From: a virus
Taxonomy: Duplodnaviria; Caudoviricetes
Virus record (IMG/VR): IMGVR_UViG_3300033512_000519
Span: 1-52,530 of that record
Reading direction: 5' to 3' (one strand)
Length of the DNA: 52,530 bases
In this document: positions 28,423 through 38,529 of the stretch, in pieces
Numbering within the stretch: the first letter of the stretch is position 1
Layout: the number at the start of each line of letters is the position of its first letter
Notes under the pieces: generated by a model
Databases searched by the model: none
The model's input: only the letters and a program-made list of their open reading frames with translations
What the model was told of the DNA's origin: nothing
Program-made: the position numbers and the translations under genes

Positions 28423-31400
28423 TTAAACCCATCCCGTCCTAACTAGAATTGGAGCTGGTAAAGCCATCCTTAATCCTTCGTTTGCCGCCCATGTAGCTCC
28501 CGCCAAACAATCGCTCAAATCGTCCAACCCAACATCGCCATTTTTATCAGGTAATATAGTATATCCTCTTTTTGTTTTCTTAAACTTAAGCTCTTTCAAT
28601 TCACCAAGCAATAAATTTGTCTCTGAACAATTATCATACAGTAATATTTCCGGCTCAGGCTGATACAGCATCATATTACGTAAATTCTGATACACTTTAC
28701 ATTTAACTCTATCATTAAACGCTATTTGGTGACAATTAATTCCATGTCCTCTTAACTTTTGTACACTATGAACTGAATGATAATCGTCATATGTTACGGA
28801 CATTGGGTGAAATCTTGCACAAATTTTTATCATTTCATTATCAATATCATCAAACAACAGTCCTAATCCGGGCATTGGCTTCCATAACCAAACACCAGCT
28901 AACGAGCATCTTATTCTTTTTTGACCCTGCGGAGTAACATATCTCTGCTTCGCAACCATAACTGCCGCATAATTATTGCTTTTCTTAGCTGGGTCAACGT
29001 GTATATAATAATTAGTGGCTGGCATTGGTCTGGTATGAGGTCCAATATCGAACTTCAAACATCTATCTACAGCCCCCTCTTCAAAATAATTACCATACGC
29101 ACCGCTAGTTGACCATTGTGCTCCAAATTCTATAGTAAACATTTCTGGATTTGCATTGCGTTCCTTCATCATTTCTGGATCTGAATAAGAAACGTCCAAA
29201 TTTATATCCCAAGTAGGCAATTGGAATGATATACATGAATCTGCAATTGATTTTTCACTCGACGTTGCCTCGTTAAAAGCATCATAAAAGGCTCCATTTC
29301 GACTATTTGGAGAAGATATCATCACTACCTTGCCAGCTTTATATTTATAAAACTTTGATAATGAGGGCTTTAAACGATTAACAAAATATTTCCCTGTTAC
29401 CTTTCCTGTTTCATCATAGAACGCAATTTCGTCAAAAAGCAACAAAATAGCACTATATCCAGCTAATGAGTCAGGATTACTATGTCCGCACAGCAGTAAA
29501 ATTGACCCCGGAATACTAAGATTTGCTCCAGACTGCTTCTTTTGTAAATCACGGTCTGTATATAACCTAACTGAATCGGCTGTTTCCTTTGCGACACGAT
29601 TTTGGAAGAATGGCGAGTTTCTTATTCTTGCCTGAACTTGACCGAACAGACGCCCCGCTTGTTTTTGAGACAAAGCGACGTTGATTATTGCTATTTCGTC
29701 ATCATCTGGCAAGTTGTAATATCTATGTGGATCTCCGTTGTTAATAACTAATAATTTATAAGCCTCGTAAGCAGTAATAATCGATGCCATGAAAGTATTA
29801 TGTGAAATTATATCTCCACCTATAATATGATGAGGATCAACTTGTAAATCAACGGTTTTCGTTATCCCAACATGAATAACTTCATCAACAGTATCCCATT
29901 TCAAATCAGACTTAGCGCTATTTACAATAAATTCATTTCCGTAATTTTCACCAATTTCAATCAATTTGTCACGATTAGCTGAATACTCTTGTCTTAAACG
30001 TCCACTGATTGTTGTCGTTAATGCATTAATGGAAATGTTTTTATCATTTGATTCTTTTTTCAAAGCGTTCCATATTCCATGGGGGATGTTGTCAAATGGA
30101 CTTTTAGGTTTTGATCTTAGTTGTGATATTTCAACCACTTGATTGACTATTTGCTCTTTGGAAAAAATATTGATTTCATCTCTGAATTTTTTTAAACAAT
30201 CTTTTCTAACAATCGACAATCTCCAACTATCTTTATATCCGTCTTGATATTTTGCTTTAGAATATCGAACTGTAGCATGTATACCAAATTTTAAAAGCAA
30301 ATGTCTTATATCCATAACCAATTGTTTTGATGCCAAAGTACATCCGATAAGCGTTTTTTTAATTTTGTGTTCAGAATCAAGAAAACTATCAACAGATCCC
30401 CATCCATCACATCCGAAAAAACGAGACAAAAATGCCGATACTTCCGCCTTGGAACCTTCAAGTATACATTGTGGAACCCTCTTGTCTACAGATTTTTTTC
30501 CATAAACGCCCTCTGCTTTTAACCACTCCTTGACTTCATTCTGCTGGCTTCCTTTTTGATTGAATCGTCCACTGTCTTTAACTACCACATAATCATAATT
30601 TTCACGATGATTTACTGAATATCCTATGAACTCCTCGTTTATTAATCTTTTAAAATCTTGCAACATGACATCTGAACCAGTTGAATAACCAATATGATGC
30701 GTAATACCTCCATCTCCTTGAAAATGTCCTAGTAAAGCCGCTCTATTAGATCCTACCCTACCACGACCAAATAATTCTGTTTTATCTGCAACTGCAATTT
30801 TGTCGCCAATTTTTATATCCTTTAATTTTAAGAATTTTGGTTCGTTAAAATCGTCTCTCCATACCAAATAAGGATGATTCCACGATGATGTCTCTTCGAT
30901 TCCCCTTGACGTTCTTAATGTATAGCATTCAACCGCTCCATTATCTTTAGCCTTAACGTCATATGTAACCGATCTTTTCCAAATAGTTGTGTCATACGTA
31001 CAAATCCCTATTTTCTCTCCAGCACTAAGCCTGTCGCATAAAGATCGAAAAGTTAAAGAACCTTCCGTTGTTGCTATTAAATCATCCTCGCTTCTGCATT
31101 TCGATCCACGTCTTCCGAGTACCAAAACTAATTGCGTAAATGGATTATATTTTGCAGCTTTCTCTTTTTCGTGCAATTTAGTAATAACATCTCTTAGATT
31201 TCGTTCATAGGTAATTCCATCTAATTCTATATTGTCTTGTCTCTCATATAGCCATTCCCATTCGGATTGCGATAATTTTAGATCTTCGTTACCGATAGTA
31301 CCTTTATAAAAAGCCTTTAATATAACTGATTGACCGGGATAAATCTTAAATTCAATTTCCTCCATATTGAATTCATCAGTCTCTTCTTCTTTCTTAGCAT

Positions 31401-31587
31401 TCTCTTTTGCGTTTCTGTCCTCGTCATATGGAATACCTAAAAACTTAGGGTCGCTACAAAACGTCATTATGTCAACTATATTGTAGCGATCATCGTTCTC
31501 AACAAGTTCAGGATTATCACATTCTATCTTCCTAAGAGCTTCAAATAACGGGTTTCTTTTTGTTTCTTCTGTTTTTATCTTAGGCAT
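28423..31587 (-). CDS. terL: Terminase large subunit containing an intein
   Basis: Walker A GRRGSK|T, Walker B LLLFDEIAF, ISSP coupling motif, nuclease HVDPA and DDLSD. Likely start MPKIK at 31587 after GGAGG. Confidence 0.92.
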   Translation of the reverse strand: MPKIKTEETKRNPLFEALRKIECDNPELVENDDRYNIVDIMTFCSDPKFLGIPYDEDRNAKENAKKEEETDEFNMEEIEFKIYPGQSVILKAFYKGTIGNEDLKLSQSEWEWLYERQDNIELDGITYERNLRDVITKLHEKEKAAKYNPFTQLVLVLGRRGSKCRSEDDLIATTEGSLTFRSLCDRLSAGEKIGICTYDTTIWKRSVTYDVKAKDNGAVECYTLRTSRGIEETSSWNHPYLVWRDDFNEPKFLKLKDIKIGDKIAVADKTELFGRGRVGSNRAALLGHFQGDGGITHHIGYSTGSDVMLQDFKRLINEEFIGYSVNHRENYDYVVVKDSGRFNQKGSQQNEVKEWLKAEGVYGKKSVDKRVPQCILEGSKAEVSAFLSRFFGCDGWGSVDSFLDSEHKIKKTLIGCTLASKQLVMDIRHLLLKFGIHATVRYSKAKYQDGYKDSWRLSIVRKDCLKKFRDEINIFSKEQIVNQVVEISQLRSKPKSPFDNIPHGIWNALKKESNDKNISINALTTTISGRLRQEYSANRDKLIEIGENYGNEFIVNSAKSDLKWDTVDEVIHVGITKTVDLQVDPHHIIGGDIISHNTFMASIITAYEAYKLLVINNGDPHRYYNLPDDDEIAIINVALSQKQAGRLFGQVQARIRNSPFFQNRVAKETADSVRLYTDRDLQKKQSGANLSIPGSILLLCGHSNPDSLAGYSAILLLFDEIAFYDETGKVTGKYFVNRLKPSLSKFYKYKAGKVVMISSPNSRNGAFYDAFNEATSSEKSIADSCISFQLPTWDINLDVSYSDPEMMKERNANPEMFTIEFGAQWSTSGAYGNYFEEGAVDRCLKFDIGPHTRPMPATNYYIHVDPAKKSNNYAAVMVAKQRYVTPQGQKRIRCSLAGVWLWKPMPGLGLLFDDIDNEMIKICARFHPMSVTYDDYHSVHSVQKLRGHGINCHQIAFNDRVKCKVYQNLRNMMLYQPEPEILLYDNCSETNLLLGELKELKFKKTKRGYTILPDKNGDVGLDDLSDCLAGATWAANEGLRMALPAPILVRTGWV
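29797..31098 (-). mobile_element. Intein with LAGLIDADG homing endonuclease (434 aa)
   Basis: Starts CRSEDD, block B SWNHPY, LLGHFQGDGG and FLSRFFGCDG motifs, ends IISHN, followed by Thr. Confidence 0.92.
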
Positions 31588-32446
31588 TTTGTTCCTCCAA
31601 GATATAAATACCGTTTGATTCATCAGTCATAATACCTTTTAATTTTTCACTTTCATATATCGAACCATTACTCAATTTATTATCACGAATAGAAAATGTA
31701 TAAATTCCATTGCTACACATAATATATAATATGTCTTTTTTGAACATCAGTTTTTTCGGCTCTATTAATATTTTTTCGGATGGATGACCTGCAATTATAG
31801 ATATACTGTTTTTATCAACCTTTCTAACTAATCCGCAAAATGAATCTGACATAAACACACTACCATTATATGTAACCATTCCCGATGGAATTCCAATAGA
31901 TGTGTTTTTTAATGTATCTCCAATAGAAAATCTACACTTTCCATCTCCAGTTATATGATAAAAAGCAGAGCTATGATAGAAAAACAACTTATGTAAATCA
32001 GGATAGGCAATAAAAAAATTCTCATTACCAGCTGGCGACAACAAAGCTTTTGAATCAAAAGGAACGTTTTTAAGCATTTGGGATACAGAAGATTTAATAA
32101 CACCTCTGAAACTATTACTGGTTTTATTATTTTTTATTTTAATTGTTCGAACATCTCTTCCGCCATCTTCACATATAAATATGGTTTTTGTACCGTGATT
32201 ATAACCTATTCCAGATAAACTGCCAAAAGTAGGGTTGTCTCCATTACGGATTTTCCCATCAGATCCCTTCCAAAAAGGATTGTTGACGCCTTTTTCGGTT
32301 AACAAACCCAATTTATTACCATGAGTATACACTATACCTAGATCGTTTACCCAACACGCATCTTGTATTTCGGTATCGGTTTCAATTGTTTTTATTAAAT
32401 CTATTTTTTTAGTACCGACTGTTTTTTTAGAAATATTATATTTCAT
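31580..32446 (-). CDS. NHL-like beta-propeller protein
   Basis: Repeated blades (PSGMVTYNGSVFMSDSFCGLVRKV, IFICEDGGRDVRTI). Confidence 0.65.
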   Translation of the reverse strand: MKYNISKKTVGTKKIDLIKTIETDTEIQDACWVNDLGIVYTHGNKLGLLTEKGVNNPFWKGSDGKIRNGDNPTFGSLSGIGYNHGTKTIFICEDGGRDVRTIKIKNNKTSNSFRGVIKSSVSQMLKNVPFDSKALLSPAGNENFFIAYPDLHKLFFYHSSAFYHITGDGKCRFSIGDTLKNTSIGIPSGMVTYNGSVFMSDSFCGLVRKVDKNSISIIAGHPSEKILIEPKKLMFKKDILYIMCSNGIYTFSIRDNKLSNGSIYESEKLKGIMTDESNGIYILEEQNA

Positions 32447-33755
32447 CCACGATTTCCACTTGATCTTGAGCTAATCTAACTATTTTTCTTCCAAAATTTA
32501 CATCTATCTCAAATCCTATTCCCGAATTAATAGGGATAACCTGAACAACCTCTCCGATATTACCATATAAGTTAAGTTTAGCATCGATACACTTAACTCT
32601 TGTTGGCTGATTCTTTATGAAATCTTCTTCTGTATATTGTTTTTTAGCTACAAATGCGGTTTTAACACAATCGGTTCTTTTCGAAAACGACCACATCGGC
32701 TTATCGTTCTTAAATGAAACGCTCAATGGAACTTCCTTGGTATCAAAAGGACTCCACCCAGTTACATTAAAATCACCATTATTGTTTGGCATATCTGGCA
32801 ACGCATTTTTTGATGGTATTATTAAAGCGTCCATGTCATCCAAAAAGAAATGCCCGACTGCTTCAACTATCGGTTTCCAATATCTTTGATAAAACTTAGG
32901 ACTATTAGAAGTCATAATTTCAGAAACGCTAGAACAAGGCACTATATTATCGACATGAAGTTTATCATTTATATGAATTTTAAACAAATCCGATTTACTA
33001 TCTAACCCAACTATTTCGATATTGCCATCATCAACAGCGGATTTACATATTGCATCAGGATGATGTTTTGATATAGCGGAACAAATTTTATTACCATAAT
33101 GTTCCATCAATTCTATCATCTCTTCATCTGACAAAATGTCTTTTTTACGAGAAGCCATTGTTAAATTACCTCCCATAGCTCCACCTAAACCGTCTCCTTG
33201 ACTTGGAGCAGCTGGAGCCTGTGGAGCAACTTGAGGTGGAGCAGCGTCATTAACTGCTTCCTTTTCAGCCTTGTCTTTTGCTAAATAATCGCTGAAATAT
33301 TTTCTAGTTATTTTACGATATTGATTAATTAATCTATTAACTTCAGAAATCACATTATCACTGTCAACCGAATCTTGAATTCTCAATAAATCCTCAACTT
33401 GGGATTTTATCAGCATATATGTCATCTTTTTTTCTTCATCGGTATTATCTTCGATTCCCATAACCCTGTTTGACATATCTTGCATAACCTTCTTATAATG
33501 ATCCAACAACAAGTCCTCAGGCTCTGGATCAACAGAAATAGATTTAAAATTATCTTCTACTGCATATTTGCTTAGGTACAAAGACGCAATTGTTATTGGG
33601 CTTTTTCTGAAAATATCTTTGGCATCTCTCATTGCTTCCCACGCATAATCGTAAACAGGCTTAATGGATGGAATCAATCTATAATGATGCATTGAAGAGA
33701 ACCCATCAACCGCAAAAGCATATTTACCAGATGTCTTATATATTTTTAATTTCAT
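32436..33755 (-). CDS. Hypothetical head-region protein with C-terminal SH3/KOW-like domain
   Basis: GNIGEVVQVIP...IDVNFGRKIVRL. KYA/KTA sites. TGTATAAT at 33803-33810. Confidence 0.7.
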   Translation of the reverse strand: MKLKIYKTSGKYAFAVDGFSSMHHYRLIPSIKPVYDYAWEAMRDAKDIFRKSPITIASLYLSKYAVEDNFKSISVDPEPEDLLLDHYKKVMQDMSNRVMGIEDNTDEEKKMTYMLIKSQVEDLLRIQDSVDSDNVISEVNRLINQYRKITRKYFSDYLAKDKAEKEAVNDAAPPQVAPQAPAAPSQGDGLGGAMGGNLTMASRKKDILSDEEMIELMEHYGNKICSAISKHHPDAICKSAVDDGNIEIVGLDSKSDLFKIHINDKLHVDNIVPCSSVSEIMTSNSPKFYQRYWKPIVEAVGHFFLDDMDALIIPSKNALPDMPNNNGDFNVTGWSPFDTKEVPLSVSFKNDKPMWSFSKRTDCVKTAFVAKKQYTEEDFIKNQPTRVKCIDAKLNLYGNIGEVVQVIPINSGIGFEIDVNFGRKIVRLAQDQVEIVDEI

Positions 33756-33809
33756 AAAAAACTATTCCTAATAGAAGTAAAATTACCCTTTTTCAATAAC
33801 ATATTATAC

Positions 33810-33843
33810 AAAAAAATCCACTTATATTTTATTATAAGTGGAC
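33810..33843 (-). terminator. Terminator after the ribonucleotide reductase
   Basis: TCCACTTATA-N7-TATAAGTGGA followed by a T run on the minus strand. Confidence 0.65.
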
Positions 33844-33862
33844 TTTATGAATCAACATTACG

Positions 33863-36463
33863 TTATGAGCATTTATTATACATACAACTGCTGCATTTTA
33901 TACACCCTTCGTAACGAATCAACTCCGAACTGCATTCTGGACATTTTTCTCCAGATACATGAGTTCCATCTGGTATATATTTCTTTAATGTTCTTGCCAA
34001 CGCCTTTGCAAACGAAATTAATTCCCCCTGTGTCTTTTCAAGTTGATGGACAATAAAAGAGATATCCGCTCCATGACGCAAAGCTGTGCTAATCATCCTA
34101 GTTAAAGCGTCTGCATTATCATCAGAATGTCCATTTGTCAATATACAACTGAAATTATCACTACTTAATTCGTAAGCGGAACGTTTCTTTTTAGTAACAA
34201 TACCTTTGTCTAATTTTTTTGGTATAAACAAATCATGCATGTTATATTCGCCTCTTACTTTACAATTCTCTCCTGTAAATATCTCGTAGGGATCGTTACC
34301 AATCATTCCTACAACAACATAATATGGTATTCCCTTTACAACTGCATGGTGAATATTTGCATCTAAAACCAAAGGTCTTTTCACAGCTTGCGTTTTTACT
34401 ATCTTGTTATCTGAACTTGACTGTTTAGATTCCTTTTTATCGTCAACTGTATTTAATACTGTCGCCATTGTACCGGCACGATATGTTGTCAAACCTTTTG
34501 CAATCTTTGAAGAATACATATCAATATAAATATCTTTGAATGCTTCGTATGAATACTCGTTTGGAATATTAATGGTTTTTGAAATACTTGAGTCGATCCA
34601 TTTGTACCAGCCTTTCATATCTGCTATATGATCTTGCGAACTTAAACTTAATGTTGTACAAGCCCAATCAGCTTTGCTATCCCACTCTCCCAATTCTTTT
34701 AATATTTTAACTGAATAATCTTCGCATAAAATTTCTTTTGTCAAACCCCTGTTTGCATCGATTTTATAAACAATACCATTCTCGTCAATACCTTTCAATA
34801 TCTTTTCGTCGCCTTCTTTGGTAAATTTAAACATGGAAGTCTCTTCTAATTCTCCTTGCCAAAATTTTGGAGTAACGCTTAAAATATTATCTGGAGTAAT
34901 TGGAACGATGCATGTCCTTACATATTCACTCATAAATAGTGGCTCACATCCGCCTGAAACTATGTTGGATAAAATACTTGTATTGCCTGTTGGTTGAATT
35001 GAAAACAATGCACTGTTTCTAATACCATGCGATTTCATTTTCGCTCTAGTTTCCTCTGGCAAACCAATCATGTCCCAAAACATAGCTTTAGAATGTTTTT
35101 CTGGATCGCACCCGTCAAACATTCCTTTTTCAATCGCCAATTCAACTGATTGATCGGCTACGCTATGGGTTATTTTCTGCATTAATTTGACCTTAAAATC
35201 TTCTGCTTCTTTTGATGCAAAACGAATTTTCATAAGATAGAGCAACGACCCCCACCCCATAACTCCCATACCAATTCTTCTTCTCTTTCTAAGATTTTCG
35301 GTGTACTCAGGCAACGGAGCATTAGAATAATCATTGACATTATCTGAAAACCTAGTAGCTATGCGGACATACTTCTCTAATTTTTCAAAGTTAAAAGTTC
35401 TTGATGTCATATCGAAATATTCAACCAAATTTATTGAAAGTAAATTACAGCAGCCGCCGAATGGTAAACTTTGTTCTCCACATGGATTAGTTGTTGCGAT
35501 CCAAGCTTTTGAGCCTCCGTAATTCCAGCAATGAGTTCTGTTGGCATTATCTAGGAATAAAACGCCGGGTTCATTACGATTATATGTGGATGACATTATT
35601 GTTTCCCACAATTTATAAGCCGATACTGTGCGATATACGTTAACGGGATAACCTTTTTCTTTCCATAATTTAATATTGCCGTCCCATTCCTTTTTATATT
35701 TATCGAATGTTGTTTCAGGAAATATCAAATCCCATTTATCATCTTGGTACGACTCCAGATCTTCTATTTTCAATTCTCCGCTGTTAATTTTATTACGTAT
35801 ATCAGTAATTTTTGTCATAAAATCATCACTGCAATTTACAGACATATTGAATTTTGTTAATCTTTCTGGAGTTTGCTTTGCGGTTATAAATTCCTCGATA
35901 TCTGGATGCCAAATATCTAGAATACCCATCATGGCACCTTTTCGTATTTTCCCTTTGGCTTTTTTGTTTTTTGATTTTAAACCTGAGCCAGCCGTTACTA
36001 TTTCAGAACTTTTGTCAAAAATCTCCATATACTTGACAGAGCCGGGGGTTTCAACACCAATGCCATAAATAAAAGCCCCTCTAGGACGTATAAACGAAAA
36101 GTTCATTCCCCATCCGCCTTCTGATTTAAGTGTTTGGGCTTGATCTTTTAAAACCTTAAGTATACCATCCAAAGAATCTATATCCTGTTCACCTCTTGGT
36201 CCGACAAAACAATTTATTAATGTTGTTCCTTTGAATTCAGTGCCAGCGTTAGAATAAATCCTACCTCCTGCTGTAATTTTAAAATCAGACAACATATCAT
36301 AAAACTTTTCTTCCCATTCCGCTTTTAAAATTTGGGTTTTTTCAACCGATGCAATAGCTTTAGCAACCCTTCTGAATGTATCATCTACTGTATTATCTTC
36401 GTTGTATTTATACGTTGTTTTCCACACTTCCTCAGAGAATTCATTAGTAAATTTGGTTGACAT
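33863..36463 (-). CDS. nrdJ: Class II (adenosylcobalamin-dependent) ribonucleotide reductase
   Basis: AGGRI...NCF, TNPCGEQ, SIQPTG, SISKTIN, GLTTYR, C-terminal TSCPD-like domain and CPEC...CxxC ribbon. No nrdB nearby. Confidence 0.92.
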   Translation of the reverse strand: MSTKFTNEFSEEVWKTTYKYNEDNTVDDTFRRVAKAIASVEKTQILKAEWEEKFYDMLSDFKITAGGRIYSNAGTEFKGTTLINCFVGPRGEQDIDSLDGILKVLKDQAQTLKSEGGWGMNFSFIRPRGAFIYGIGVETPGSVKYMEIFDKSSEIVTAGSGLKSKNKKAKGKIRKGAMMGILDIWHPDIEEFITAKQTPERLTKFNMSVNCSDDFMTKITDIRNKINSGELKIEDLESYQDDKWDLIFPETTFDKYKKEWDGNIKLWKEKGYPVNVYRTVSAYKLWETIMSSTYNRNEPGVLFLDNANRTHCWNYGGSKAWIATTNPCGEQSLPFGGCCNLLSINLVEYFDMTSRTFNFEKLEKYVRIATRFSDNVNDYSNAPLPEYTENLRKRRRIGMGVMGWGSLLYLMKIRFASKEAEDFKVKLMQKITHSVADQSVELAIEKGMFDGCDPEKHSKAMFWDMIGLPEETRAKMKSHGIRNSALFSIQPTGNTSILSNIVSGGCEPLFMSEYVRTCIVPITPDNILSVTPKFWQGELEETSMFKFTKEGDEKILKGIDENGIVYKIDANRGLTKEILCEDYSVKILKELGEWDSKADWACTTLSLSSQDHIADMKGWYKWIDSSISKTINIPNEYSYEAFKDIYIDMYSSKIAKGLTTYRAGTMATVLNTVDDKKESKQSSSDNKIVKTQAVKRPLVLDANIHHAVVKGIPYYVVVGMIGNDPYEIFTGENCKVRGEYNMHDLFIPKKLDKGIVTKKKRSAYELSSDNFSCILTNGHSDDNADALTRMISTALRHGADISFIVHQLEKTQGELISFAKALARTLKKYIPDGTHVSGEKCPECSSELIRYEGCIKCSSCMYNKCS

Positions 36464-36499
36464 AAAACACTACCTCCATTCAATTTTGTTTTGTTTTTT

Positions 36500-37648
36500 T
36501 TAAATATTAATTGTTATTTTGCAAGACAACATACCTTTTACATATTGATCGGAAACTTCCTGCAAAAATTTTAAAAGATCATCCTTGAAAACCTGTAAGT
36601 CCTTGATATCGTTACTACATGCATGGAGAAGTTTTTTCCCATATTGCCGTAACATATCGTAATCTCCACCATCTAATCCATCCAGTTTGTATAATGCGTC
36701 TTCAATTTCATCAATAACCCGATATCGCCATGGTTGTTCTCTTAATATTGCGTCAGCGTGAATGACTCTCAAATCATATATTTGAGACCTTCTTTTTATA
36801 CTTCGAGTCATACGATAGCTGTGTGTGGTTGAAAATATTTGACTATCTGGATAACACTTTTGCATAGCTTCAATTAATGCAATATGCTTACCCAACGCTA
36901 CATGCATAGCAATATCGTCAATCAATATCACCCTAGGGGACATTTCCAAATTCAATAACGTCGAAAATGATTTTATAACTTTCTTCTCGCCATTGCTACA
37001 AGCTCTATGATGAATTGTTTCAAAAGGCTTTTTAACTGTAAAGCCTAAAACATATTTTTTCATCATAGAAGCTTCAACTGGATCGGAACTTGAAGAGAAG
37101 ATGTCACTTATTTCATTAATTTCGTAATTTGTTACAGATTCAAAAAGACTCTTGAAATCACTCCATTTGTCACGAACAAGCTGAAACTGATCTAACTCCT
37201 TGTCAAACCTTGCATAATAACACAAGCGATATAAAATGTTCTTTATTTCGACTGGATGATCTTGAATAAAACCTTTCTTATTCATACTGACGGTGTAATC
37301 GCCAATTGAAGATGATATATCTGCTTCTAACAAAAAGTCGTCTTTAGAATCTATATTGATTTTGCCATACTCGTTTGCCCGAATGCATTTTAAAAATTTA
37401 GCAACCATTCTTTCTTCCGTATATCCGTCATAACGTTGAAACAACATTTGTATAGCATTAAGTGCCGTCGATTTACCTGTTCCGTTTTCGCCTATAAAGC
37501 AAATAAATGGCTTAATATCATTTTTATCTGAGAAATCAAAAGTATGATCATCGTAAGCTTTGAAATTTTGCATACGAATTTTTTTAACTTTTATTTCTGG
37601 CAATTCAGAAACTATAAAGTTAGGCTGACTAATCACGTTTTCGACCAT
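36500..37648 (-). CDS. ABC/SMC-superfamily ATPase (AAA_15/AAA_21-like)
   Basis: MQNFKAY, GENGTGKST, SNGEK signature, ILIDD, STTHS H-loop. Confidence 0.85.
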   Translation of the reverse strand: MVENVISQPNFIVSELPEIKVKKIRMQNFKAYDDHTFDFSDKNDIKPFICFIGENGTGKSTALNAIQMLFQRYDGYTEERMVAKFLKCIRANEYGKINIDSKDDFLLEADISSSIGDYTVSMNKKGFIQDHPVEIKNILYRLCYYARFDKELDQFQLVRDKWSDFKSLFESVTNYEINEISDIFSSSSDPVEASMMKKYVLGFTVKKPFETIHHRACSNGEKKVIKSFSTLLNLEMSPRVILIDDIAMHVALGKHIALIEAMQKCYPDSQIFSTTHSYRMTRSIKRRSQIYDLRVIHADAILREQPWRYRVIDEIEDALYKLDGLDGGDYDMLRQYGKKLLHACSNDIKDLQVFKDDLLKFLQEVSDQYVKGMLSCKITINI

Positions 37649-37793
37649 ATATTCCTCCGATGAACTTCTTTACAGCATTTATATCAAAACGTGATTTGGT
37701 TTTTTCATATTGAGTTTTAGGATCTTCCAACGGCTTGTTTTCAATATTTATCTTTGCTCCGCTTGGAATATAAACAACGGTTTTGTTACTCAT
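37629..37793 (-). CDS. Small 54-aa protein missing from the ORF track
   Basis: MSNKTVVYIPSGAKINIENKPLEDPKTQYEKTKSRFDINAVKKFIGGIYGRKRD*. ATGA overlap with the upstream stop; overlaps the ATPase start. Confidence 0.7.
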   Translation of the reverse strand: MSNKTVVYIPSGAKINIENKPLEDPKTQYEKTKSRFDINAVKKFIGGIYGRKRD

Positions 37794-38233
37794 CCTAAAG
37801 ACTCTCTTAAATTTTCCATTAACAATTCTTTCAAAAACGATACATGAAATTCAAAAAACAATCTACCTTTGGTTGTACTTACTCCAAATCTTTTATGGCT
37901 ACCGTGTTCTTCAACTATCGAATTGTAATCATTTATACTATACTCTTGCAATTTTTCAACAAATAACGGCAAATTTTCTCTTACGATAAGTTCTCCTATG
38001 AAATCAACAATGAAATAAGAAAAGAATTCATTTGAGAAAACAGAATAATCTTTATATTTCAAACCAATATCTGTCATGGAAATAGAAAACTTGATATCGC
38101 CTTCTTTATCCCAATCTCCTAAAATGATATCATTAGGGGGATTATTGATTATTGATTTCAATATTTTTCTATAATTCGAATCTTTATTTGCAATGAACTG
38201 TTGCAATTTTTTAACTTCTCCAAACGAATCCAT
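37790..38233 (-). CDS. Hypothetical protein (147 aa)
   Basis: AGGAGG RBS. TGTATAAT at 38261-38268. Confidence 0.75.
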   Translation of the reverse strand: MDSFGEVKKLQQFIANKDSNYRKILKSIINNPPNDIILGDWDKEGDIKFSISMTDIGLKYKDYSVFSNEFFSYFIVDFIGELIVRENLPLFVEKLQEYSINDYNSIVEEHGSHKRFGVSTTKGRLFFEFHVSFLKELLMENLRESLG

Positions 38234-38299
38234 AAAACCTCCTATCCGTTAATTTGGGTTATTATACAAATAGGTCTGGTTTAATAACGAGAAAACGCT

Positions 38300-38491
38300 T
38301 TAAAAACGCCATTTTATTTTAACACCAAAGACTATACTTTCTTTCACTTTGTCTTTCCATTCTTCAATTTTGTCTTTGTTTTCTTCGTGACTATCATCTG
38401 TCGAATCAGGTTGACTTATCCAATCAAAATGTGGTCGGACGTGATTCTTTATCCAATTGACTATTTTTTTATTTAAAGGATGTTTATTCAT
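38300..38491 (-). CDS. Small protein (63 aa) ending GVKIKWRF
   Basis: AGG-N19-GAATA promoter at 38503-38529 favours the ATG at 38491. Confidence 0.55.
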   Translation of the reverse strand: MNKHPLNKKIVNWIKNHVRPHFDWISQPDSTDDSHEENKDKIEEWKDKVKESIVFGVKIKWRF

Positions 38492-38529
38492 GATAATAGA
38501 ATTATTCTTCAAAATGGAGTAAAAGTCCT
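38477..38529. promoter_or_regulatory. Overlapping opposite-strand pair of AGG-N19-GAA promoters
   Basis: Plus 38477-38504 (GAATTA) and minus 38503-38529 (GAATA). Confidence 0.65.

Noticed and set aside
2121-36068. Many short plus-strand ORFs antisense to head, terminase and nrdJ genes
   Set aside because: Shadow frames of long minus-strand genes, with no RBS or recognisable motifs.
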